Assembly: GCA_051942245.1 (NCBI GenBank)
Contig: JAVECL010000061.1
Span: forward strand, 45,567-65,566
Direction of reading: 5' to 3'
From: Trypethelium eluteriae
Taxonomy: Eukaryota
DNA: 20,000 bases
Part shown: one piece after another, positions 10,154-20,000 of the stretch
How positions within the stretch are numbered: the first letter of the stretch is position 1
Layout: each line of letters starts with the position of its first letter
Position numbers and translations under genes: made by a program
The notes under the pieces: generated by a model
Seen by the model: the letters and a program-made list of their open reading frames with translations, nothing else
What the model was told of the DNA's origin: nothing
The model's database searches: none

Positions 10154-11538
10154 ATGGCCCTGACGATACCCGGCCCAGTCATGCCAAGCCAGAACACACT
10201 GTCGCATAGTGTGAGTCCTGTACAGCCTTCAAATAAGCAATCGAGCCAAGCAGAACAAGAGCTTCATGTCCGCTGGGAAGAAATCATGCAGCATAAGCCC
10301 AAATTCGTACATTACGACAAGGTTGCCGTTCTAATGCTTTCATGGGATGATACTTGCAATGACTTGCAAACGAAAAAGGAGGTGAGTCATGAGATGCTCT
10401 CGTTCCTAGAACAACATGTTAAAGATATGCAGGTCGAACAACTTAGCAAGATCTTCAAGGAACTGTACGGGTTTAAAGTTCGGAACAAGAAGTTGAGCAA
10501 TAAGATCCGAGCCCAGCTACAGATAGTCCAACATCTTGTCAACTTTCTCAGCGACTTCGAGGATGAAAGGAGCAGCGTCCTTTTGATCATATATTATGCA
10601 GGACACGGTTGGGCCCATCGGTCAGATGATGCAGAGCAACATGAGACACAGTTGCGACTAGTAGGGTAAGAGGACTGATCAGATCACCTGTTGATTTCAA
10701 TCCATACTAACACAGCCTTCTAAGTCAAACGACGCAAGAACAAAAGCCGAAGGAGAAATTTCGTAATACAATCATGTGGGACGAAGCCGAAAAGAATATA
10801 GCGAATGCCGAGGCGGACGTTTTACTCATTTTCGATTGTTGCCATGCTGGTCTGTTAGGACGATCACACGCAACGAAGCGGTTTGAATCTCTTGCCGCAT
10901 GCACTGCAGAAATGACCACTCGACCACCAGGGGACGATTCATTTACGACAGCTTTGTGCTGGGCGCTTGAGAAGCTTCAGAAGCTTCATTCCCAAGAGAG
11001 ATCTTTTTTTACGACCTCTGAACTTAGGCGAACGATTATGGAGCACCAGAACTTTCCCAAGCGCCAGATACCACAATTAACCGAGCGTATGCCTAGCTCC
11101 AGTCATATCGTGATTGCTCCATACGGTACCAAGCCGCCTGCTATTCCAGCCGAGGAACGCGAGGATCCGAATCGCGCTGAGAAGGCATCCTACATCGACC
11201 TACGCTTCCACTTTGACGATTGCAACAACGAGAAGATCTATGATGTTGCTCGCTGTCTCAAAGACATGGTGCAGGATCGCCAGCTTTTATCTCACCGCAT
11301 CGACCTCCTTGGAAAGGACTCAGTATGGAAGTCGACTCGATGGCGGAACGTAGCAGATCTTGGCGCTTTCTGGTATCAGAAAAGCCAAAAGCGCCGCAAA
11401 TTATCCCAGGTCGGGGCTCAAAATCCTCAAATGTCCGCTTCAACGCTACCAGTGTCGCCGGCAATCAGTGTACCCTTAAGCGAAGATCATCCGGAGGATT
11501 CTAGTGAAGCTCACTCTGAGGACTCTAGCGCTGAATGA
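10154..11538 (+). CDS. Caspase-like (clan CD / peptidase C14-like) cysteine protease, about 424 aa
   Basis: Exons are 10154-10381, 10433-10665 and 10725-11538 (10716 is an alternative in-frame acceptor). Motifs: VAVLMLSWDD, LSKIFKELYGF, LLIIYYAGHG (catalytic His at 10604-10606), DVLLIFDCCHAG (catalytic Cys at 10837-10839), FESLAAC, SFTTALCWAL and QIPQL. Confidence 0.88.
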
Positions 11539-12142
11539 TTGCGTTGCTGCGAATGCCTTATGGGATCGATTTATACTTCTTACCAGTTTCATAGCCCAGG
11601 ATACCCTCATACTCTGCAGGATATATAGAGCCGACGTGCGGAATCCTGATGATCTCAAAGATTTCTTAGACACGCTTGTCTTGTACAGTGCACCATGGCA
11701 TCCAGTTGTCGTGATTGCTGAAGTGGTCAAATTTTCAGAATGCTGTCTGCGATGCGAAGCACGATGGCCAAATTTTCCAGAGGGTCACCAAAAAGCGAGC
11801 TGGTACTGTCAGGATTCTTCCAAGTTCTCACACTCTTGCATCTCAGTATGGTAGCAGTAAAGATTTAATGGGGCTCACAGCAAACATTGGCCACTTCATG
11901 TATTGACAATGGTTTTCAATCTATCATGCAATATCAATGCAAACGGACACCCATCTCTGCACATCCTTCAACACCAGGTAAGAGAGCAGCTTACGGGACA
12001 GAAAACATCGACCTCTCGTTCAAATACGGGTACCTCGCATATAAATTCCGAGATTCCATGCTATCTGATCACGCCGAAACTCCCTACCCCTTCCCCACAC
12101 ATACACATGATCAAACTCCGCCACACTCCGTCACACTCAACC

Positions 12143-14089
12143 TCAAGGTGGCGGCGACAACACCATTTTCAACGAACTCCCCACTCCTGGCTTCGGCGAC
12201 ATATTACCGGGGATGGGGGTGCGAGAGCCATTCTGCGGCGTGCCGATGCCGCTAAAGGGCGAGACGGCACCACTGGGTGGGACGGGGATCTGGATGCCTT
12301 CTGGACTGGCAGGAATAATTGGTGAGGGCAAACCCGGGATGTGGATGCGTTTTGTTTCGTTTTGATAGGAAGCGGGGATGATCTGTGGGTGTGGAATTGC
12401 AATTAATCGGAGTCCGGATCCGGATAGCATAGATGTGGGAGTGGAATATGACTCGTTCTTGGGGAGACAAAGAGTTTATATTGGGTAAAAGAGGGGGTTC
12501 AAAGGGTGAGGGGGAGTAGATAGCTAGGTGAGAGGTTGGATCGAAATGAGTGTGTGAGAAGGGAAGAATTGGGCATACCTCAAGGATCTCATCCCGGGGA
12601 AAGTCTAGCGTTGGTATGTCGTGAGCGTTACAGGCCATAAGATAGCCATATAGAACGCGAAGAACGCTCTCATGAGCAATGATGAGAAGATCGTTCTGTT
12701 CACGCTCGAGTTCGAGGATAATGGGTTCAAGGCGGACAGCAAGGTCGTGGTAGGACTTTGTGATTGTGAGTAGATTTCTATCAGAGTCGAGGAAGTAGAA
12801 GCGCATACCTCAGCTCGAGGGTATCGGTGATGGTATGGGTCTTGCTCGTGCTTCTCCACTTCTTGCGGATACTCTTCCCTAATTCTTTTCTCGGACATTT
12901 TTTCGCACACGCCGGGGTTCAGTTGGCTCATCTGCGCGCGCTGCCTGACGCGGTACCCCTTTTCCTCGAGATACTCTGCCGTCTCCATCGTTCTTTTCCG
13001 CGTCGAAGTCCAGATGGTGAGGGGCTTTAATGCTGTGTCCGGTCCACCTCTAGCGATAAGCTGTTGGCGTTCGTGTTCACGATGGCTGGTGAGCGCCTCT
13101 GACAGCTTCTTAGCGTAATCCTTGCCCTCGTCTGAGAGCGAAGCATCAGCCTTATATGAATCCTCGGTTTTGGTAGTCCCAGCTCGGACGAAGTAAGTCT
13201 GACGAGATTTAATGTGTAGGTTTAGCAGATAGAAGACAATCCGTTGTGACAGATATCCGAAGGCGCAATTGTTTACGATTACACGCTCTCCAGCGTTGAT
13301 CATCTTGATCCAGTGAAGATGTTGCTCCTCCATGGTCTCAAAGTCTGGGTGGCGGGCAGCTATTCGTCTGAGATAATCTTTTACTGCGTCTTGGGACTCC
13401 CAACCCTTGTAATCAGGAGAAGAGATCTTAACACTTCGTACATTTTCTTCAATGATACGCTCATCCGTACAATGAGATTCAATAAACAATGTCTGAACTT
13501 GACGCTTCGCAAATTCCTTGGCGAGGGCTTGGCGTCCTGACGACACCGGGTTAACCGCATCATAGATGGCGACCTGGCCATTCTCATGCTCGAGAAAGTG
13601 GTAGATATCTTCTCGACAGCGCTTTAGAATCTTCTGTCGGAGCAAGATTGTGGGCGGGGATGCATTGACATGAAAGTAATCTTGGGGAATCTCGCCTTGA
13701 GGACCTACCGTGGCCCGTCTGTAGTCCCCTAGGTGGAAAATTCGAGTCTTGACTCCAAGCCAGCGCAAGTACCGAGCCATCGCAACAGAGATGTGAGTCT
13801 TCCCTCGGGCTGGTAGACCCACCGTAGAGATGACAATTCGTCCAGAATGGAATAGTCTTCCGGATTCGGTGCTATAGAGCTGAGCGGGTGCCATGGCTTC
13901 TTTTTCTGGAAGATCATGAATAGCATCAACGAAGGTACTCGACCTCCGCCGAAAGTGCGGCGAGTTGGCCATCAGGTCGGCTGTCCTAGGCAAATGTCAG
14001 TAGTCTTTAATTACTTGATATGGCTAGGCGCGTGCAGGGCAAGAGAACTGGGATGATCGAAAAGAGAGTGCATACAAGAGAGTATCCAT
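12143..14089 (-). CDS. 6-phosphofructo-2-kinase / fructose-2,6-bisphosphatase family protein (about 535 aa)
   Basis: Exons (minus): 14089-14076, 13985-12809, 12755-12579, 12382-12143. The kinase P-loop is VGLPARGKT, followed by FHLGDYRR, GQVAIYDAVN and NVRSVKISSPDY. The histidine-phosphatase domain has RYPRAESYHDLAVRLEPIILELER and IIAHESVLR. Confidence 0.95.
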
Positions 14090-14715
14090 GGCGGATGAAG
14101 ACGATTGATGATGCTTTTCAGTTTATAAATACAGAACACTGTCTCTCGCCGTCATACGCCGCGGTCTGGTGAATCTCGCATAGTTCGCTACCCAAGAAAT
14201 ACACCTTGGTGAGGGGCCACTTTATGAGTGTATCGTCTGATACCTGATGCAGTTGAGCCGTGATCGTTTGGGGAGGTCCACAAGGAAAGTGATCACTGGA
14301 GTCTGGCACACCTGCCTCAACGTGCCAGTGAACGGTGAGATTGATGTCAGCATGGACTGAGCGATTGCCTCCGTCGGTGTAGTCTTCCGGCGCCACTGTT
14401 GAGAAGGTGGAGGTGTGGCTGGTGCAGTGTGTGTGGCTCGCGAATGAATGGCTCAAGGTGATCTGGGAAGACAACTTCGCAGGACTGAGATGTTCCTAAC
14501 CCGCCGCTGTCATCTCAATTCGATTGGCGAAAATTATCGTCGACCTCGACCAAAGCTCAGGTGCCTCACACAGCGTAGCACCTAGCTCTCCCTGCCATCC
14601 TTCCACAGCATATCCCGTTTCTGAATTGGAATTTGCATCCATCTTTAGAGGCAACTTGAAGAATTAGATATTTCTTTTCGCGCCTCATCTACATCCTTCC
14701 TCTCCTTTCTGCGTC

Positions 14716-16040
14716 ATGACTTCTCCCCAGACACCAACCGACTTCGCTGCTGAGAGCATAGCGCAAACCAGTAATTTCGCCCGCGAAAAAAGCACCGTCG
14801 CTATAGAGAAAGGTTCTAGTGCTCTAGGAGGTTCCCTCGACTTCCTCTCCCAAAATGCCATCTCGCGATCATTATCAAATTCCTACAACTACTTCCAATC
14901 ACGAAGAGAAGCTCTCGGTCTCCCGAACCCCGGCACTGTCGACAACATCGCATCCGAACTCTCACGAGGCGTCCTCCTTACCAATCTCATCTTCTCTGGG
15001 CTAAGAGCAGACTTGACCAAAACAACGAGTGTGAATCCTCTCTTTCAGGTGTCTCATGCCTTTTCCCAGGGTTCCCAACAACTCCCTCCATACGCATTCG
15101 CAGCCATCTATGGCTCGTCCAAGGTTCGCATAACCCTTAACCCCTGACGTCTCTCGTATGCACTTCTCTAAACAATCCACCTATACTAGGTCTTCATGCA
15201 AGCCACCCTCGACTCGGACCGCAGCCTACAAGGCCGCTTCAACTACCGCTGGAATCCTTCCTTCGTCACCAAAACCTCCACCCAGATTGCTCCCGGCGCC
15301 ACCGGTGGCGCCATGATCTCAATCGAAAACGACTACACCGGCCTCGACTTCTCCGCCTCCCTAAAAGCCGTCAACCCATGGCTTTTCGACGATCGCCTCA
15401 CGGGCATCTACATCGCTAGCTACCTACAAAGCGTGACCCCCCGGCTAGCGCTCGGGCTAGAGGCTGTATGGCAGCGCGCAAATGCGAGTGAGGGACCGCA
15501 AGCTGCCGTAAGCTATGCGGCGCGTTATAAGGGGGATGACTGGATTGGGAGCATGCAGTATCTGGCCTCGGGCGCGGTCCAGACAAGTTACTGGCGACGG
15601 CTGACGGAGAAGGTCGAGGCAGGTGTAGACCTGAATCTGCAATTTACTGGGCTGAGTGGAGCGCCTGGAGGCGGCGGGGGAGCGATGATGGGTGCTGGGG
15701 GAGCCAAGAGGGAAGGAGTTGCAACGTTGGGGGCGAAATACGATTTCCGGGCGAGTAGCTTCCGCGCTCAGGTCGACAGCCAAGGAAAGTTAGGGTGTTT
15801 ACTGGAGAAGCGTGTTGCAAATCCGGTGCAGATTACGTTTGCGGGGGAATTAGATCATGTGAAGGTGAGTTGCAAAGTGGCCTAACAGACTTGTTTAGGG
15901 TCTTACAACTGTAAGCTCAACAGACTAACAAATTACAGAATCAAGCCAAAATCGGCCTCGGTGTCTCCATCGAAGCGGCCGGCGAAGAAGTCATGGCTGA
16001 ACAAGAGAAAGCTCAAAACGCGCCCACGCCACCTTTCTAA
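14716..16040 (+). CDS. TOM40: Mitochondrial outer-membrane translocase channel Tom40 (about 394 aa)
   Basis: Exons are 14716-15123, 15190-15864 and 15939-16040. Motifs: [63 protein letters not shown] and the C-terminus [12 protein letters not shown]...PPF. Confidence 0.97.
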
Positions 16041-16622
16041 GCGCGCTCCTTCCTGTACTACTTTGCGAAAAGTACTAATCCTCCACTCCGACCAAACGTA
16101 GATGAACGTGGTCGCAGAGTCGTAACACGTAATTCCCTCACTTTCAATCATTCTTGTATTAGAAGCCTTGTGGCATTTCTCTCCAACATGTTTTCATGGC
16201 TTCGTTGCTGGTCTTTGTTCTGCCCTGCACAGTCAACGGCCATGTCTTTCTCTTTGTCTGCATAGATCTGGGAGCTGGGAAGCGGTTTTGCTGCCATCAG
16301 CGCGGCAGGGATGGGTATTACCGCTCCCTTGTACATATATACATGCGAGTTACTGAAACCCAAGTTCGACTCTCTATTAGTGAGATTGAGAGTTGTGATA
16401 TCTCTATTCTATTCTATATTCGCTAGCTATGCTGAGGGGAGAATTCTCACGGCTTATGCATGGAAGAAAGTCTGCTGAAACTTCCCCAAGCAGAACCACC
16501 GTCACATCTATGAAACCAAGATCTGAAGCTCTCTCCCTCTTACCCCAAACCAAATTTATCGCCCATCTTTCGAAGCGATTCGTAATGGGCGCTTATTAGG
16601 AGAGCGTGCTCGGCGACACGTT

Positions 16623-18332
16623 CTATAGCTTTACATCCCCATTTTGTACGCTGTTTGGTTTATCCTTTTCCAATACCTCCTCCGCTGTCTTCACCAAGAT
16701 ATCAAACGCCTTTTGGAGATACTTTTCTTCCGTCCGCTCATTAGCGCTCACAACTCTGATAGCGTAAATTCCGGCAACGACACCGCTTGTTAAGAAGATC
16801 TCCCCGCTGGCGTTGACACGTTCATAGACTTCCTTCGTGATTCTGTTCGCCTCCACGACGTCTTGATCCCCTGCGTCTGGTGTGAAACCATTCGTCACTT
16901 CTGCCGCTTTCTCATCACCTTTCTGGCCCTTCCTCGGCTTTATCGTGAATACTGTTAGTGCGAATGCTGGTGGCGTTACAACCTCGAACAGATCGCCTCG
17001 TCCTCTTATTAGATTGGCAAACATCTCACCGAGCTTGACGTGGCGGCGAATGTGGGCTTTAAAGCCATTGATGCCATAACTGCGCATTACAAACCAGATC
17101 TTGAGAGAGCGGAATCGACGGCCAAGAGGAATTTGCCAGTCGCGATAATCCGTAACCAGGCCAGCGTCGTACTGGTTGCTGCGGAGGTACGAGGGAGTGA
17201 TACTCAGAGCGGATGTAAGTTCGGATCGCTTTTTAATGAAGAGACAGCTAGAAAATTGTGAGCTGATTCCGTATGACGCGCACCTATCAAAAGAGTACGG
17301 CCTGAGCTAACTTACCTCGCGTCGAAGTTCGTCAAAAGCCATTTATGCATATTCATGTCAAAGCTGTCGAATGATCCAAATGCTTTTGTAAGATGCTGAT
17401 ATTCTTCGCACACCAATGCCGCTCCTGCGTATGCGGCATCTACATGGATCCAAATGTCGGGATACTCCTGCGCCACCTCTGCAATTTCCTCGAATCGATC
17501 CACTGCACATGTCGGCGTTGCACCCAAACTCACTGTGAGATAGTACGGCTCCAGACCATCCCTTTTACACTGCTCGATAGCCTGCCTGAGATCACCACCC
17601 GTCATCGCGAACTCATTCTCCTTTCTAGTTGGAATGCTCCGGAATTTCGTGCCGGCGATGTTCATTGCCTTCTGCGAACAGCTATGTGCCTGATCACTCG
17701 CCAAGCCCACCATCTTCGCCCTCAGTCTTCCCACCAGCTCATCCTTCTCGTTCCCCTCTGCCATTTCCCCAAACTTCCGCTTGACAAACCGTTCTCGCGC
17801 CGCTACTGCGACCGTAACTACCGCCTCGCTCGCTGATCCTTGAATCACACCTCCTCCTTCTCCAGTCGATAAGTAGCACTCCGGTAAAGCCAGTATCTTC
17901 GCCAGCCAATCAAGAACCACAGTCTCTAACTCTGTAACTGCAGGTGAGCACAGCCAGTTGAACGCTGGGGCAGTGAAGGCTGCTGAATACAGCTCAGCTA
18001 GCATGGATGGATAGGTAGCGTTTGCAGGGAACCAGGCCATAAAATTGGGAGATTGCCAATGCGTGAGGCCCGGCATGATTTTAGACTCGATGTCGCGTTG
18101 GATGGATGGCCAGGGTTCGCCGTCCTCAGGGGGCCCGGCAGGCAGGAGGGGGGCAAGATAGCCGGGTTCAACGGCGGACTGAACACGACGTGAAGGAAGT
18201 GTTTCGTAGTAGTTGATGACTAGAGGGTCATGTTGTAAGAAAAGAAAGGGATTTCTTGACGAGATGAAGAGGAAAGAGCGTACTTTCGTCAACAGCTGCG
18301 TGAGCTGCTTCCCGGAACTGTTGGGAATTCAT
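16623..18332 (-). CDS. PLP-dependent group II aromatic-L-amino-acid (DOPA/Trp/Tyr) decarboxylase (about 525 aa)
   Basis: Exons (minus): 18332-18284, 18219-17316, 17247-16623. Motifs: MNSQQFREAAH, PGLTHWQSPNFMAWFP, GGGVIQGSASEA, WIHVDAAYAG, the PLP lysine in NMHKWLLTNFDAS, and DYRDWQIPLGRRFRSLKIWFVMRSYG. Confidence 0.96.
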
Positions 18333-19281
18333 GGCTGGAGCAGGTGACAAGATCTCTCGATGTCTCTTTCGAAAAGGAGAGGAATGACAGAAAGATTTAT
18401 GCGACTGAAGAGGTAGAAAAATATTTTTACACTCAAGCAGAGGATAGAGATGACTGTGGCGACGCTGGCGAGCAAGCATCCAGAAAGCAAGAAGTCTTCG
18501 GATACTTCAAACCAGTGACAAGAGCCTGTTACCTTTATCTTCACGATTAACTTCTTCCTTATTGAAGAGTCCAACGGCCCGGACAAGATGTAGGGCGCGG
18601 CCTTGATTCGGAAATAATTCACTGTGATGGATTCCGAAGTCTTTCCGCTCACTGCGGCGGCCTTCCGCGATAGAACACTCTAGCACTGAGCTGTCAACCA
18701 GACTGCATTGGGCCTCCTCGACCATTTCAGTTGTGAGGAGCGCCTTCCCCCTTTCGTTCCTGGTGGGAAACATCGTTGCAGAAAAGTACTAGACTCTGAA
18801 AATCTCCTAAATCTCGTGCCTTGCCAATACGCTTCTCTTTTATCGTCGCCAAATCATGACCCGAACCCGAGTGACATCCAGATGCAGCAGGATTAGTCAA
18901 GCATCCATATTTATCTTCAAGCATTGATTTCAGATGCGCATAGCTTGCGGGGCTATCATCGAAGTCAAATAGCGGCACTCCTTCACACCAAGACAGGGTA
19001 TTTCGGGACGGCCCTGGGGTCACCTGCAGCGCTACTCTGCTCTTCGAAGTCCTAATAGGCCAGATGGGCAAGGCCGTGTAAGACGTGCTTTTTGGATGAT
19101 TTCTCATCATCGAGGATCATGTTCTATATCGATATTATGACCGGTATATAGTCTTTCAGAGTCATGGGCTTTGCCAACACTTCCAACTTTCCTGTTGTAC
19201 TATGCGAGCTCAGGCATAATTTGCAAGATTAAAGGCTACATTCATGAATATCGATCCTACTCCGTGGATTCTGACGCCGTC

Positions 19282-19709
19282 ATGCCGAAAGCAACAGCCA
19301 AAGCGGATGGCGTGGTTGTGGCCGAAACAGACAACTTCGAATTCGTCGAAGGAAACGTCTACTTCCCCCCCTCGTATGCAGCCTCTGACTTCTATCTACC
19401 CCCAAGGATTGAAGACAAGATCTAACGGATCGAAACCCAGCTCCGTCAAAAGAGAATATTTCAACGACTCCAGCCTCCACACGAAATGTCCCTGGAAGGG
19501 ACAGTCCTCATACTACAACCTGATTATAAACGGTATATTGCTCGACGCTTCGCACTGGCTTTGCCGTGATTGGCAGACTGACTTTACCTCCCATAGGCAA
19601 GAGTCTCAAAGACGCTGCGTGGTACTACCCCGAACCCTTCGAGAAAGCGACCCACATCAAAGACCACGTCGCCTTTGACAAGCGCCAAGTCGAGATTACG
19701 AAATCGTAG
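19282..19709 (+). CDS. DUF427 family small protein (98 aa)
   Basis: Exons are 19282-19373, 19441-19532 and 19597-19709. Motifs: VAETDNFEFVEGNVYFPPSSV, TKCPWKGQSSYY and DAAWYYPEPFEKATHIKDHVAF. Confidence 0.93.
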
Positions 19710-20000
19710 GTGTAGAGAGATGTGTGATAACAATATTCTGGGTTTCGACTGAACGAAAAGTACTGGACCTTTTTCTGAGATTTGCCAATTTAGGAATGTT
19801 TGGACGTGTTACGAGATCCCCAACTCCTTCGCTATGGAGTACTAGCTTTCGCATCCATAATCTAATGATATCCGCGGAAAGCAATTCTTCGGTGGCAGAT
19901 CATCGTCGCTTCCTTGCTTCTAACCCACCTTTTCACCTGTGGCTGGCTCACGTTGGCTTTGCCATTCATTCGCTACCCTCCTGCAAGTTTGCTACTCTCT

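Noticed and set aside
11476..12325. Overlapping ORFs between the caspase-like and PFK-2 3' ends
   Set aside because: They are convergent 3' UTR sequence or antisense to the last PFK-2 exon, with no recognisable protein features.
17170..17210. Possibility that the decarboxylase is an aromatic aldehyde synthase
   Set aside because: The catalytic-loop Tyr (ITPSYLRS) and the active-site His (DQAHS) are both retained, as in ordinary decarboxylases.
18329..19110. Several 60-127 aa ORFs between the decarboxylase and DUF427 genes
   Set aside because: They have no motifs or coherent splice pattern, consistent with a divergent promoter/UTR region.
16623..19709. Possible secondary-metabolite cluster around the decarboxylase
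   Set aside because: Its neighbours are TOM40, PFK-2 and DUF427. No tailoring enzymes, transporter or backbone synthase lie in the window.

Overview
Genomic DNA from a filamentous ascomycete fungus, judged from its short GT-AG introns with CTRAC/CTRAY branch sites. The right half (about 12.1-19.7 kb) is an ordinary housekeeping block: a PFK-2/FBPase-2 family gene, TOM40, a PLP-dependent aromatic-L-amino-acid decarboxylase and a DUF427 gene. The left half (about 1-11.6 kb) looks like an accessory or immune-type island. It holds a Goodbye-NACHT (NLR-like) gene running off the left edge with a TIR/MITE-like element inside intron 3, a RIP-like degenerate coding relic, and an EthD-family gene with a premature stop. 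It also holds a compact cluster of a DUF6594-like 3-TM membrane protein, a hidden 3-exon 84-aa SH3/Tudor-like microprotein absent from the ORF track, and a divergently transcribed caspase-like (His/Cys dyad) protease. That cluster is the best candidate for an undescribed system. All exon structures were derived by hand from splice signals and reading-frame continuity. Family names come from motif recognition, not from database searches.
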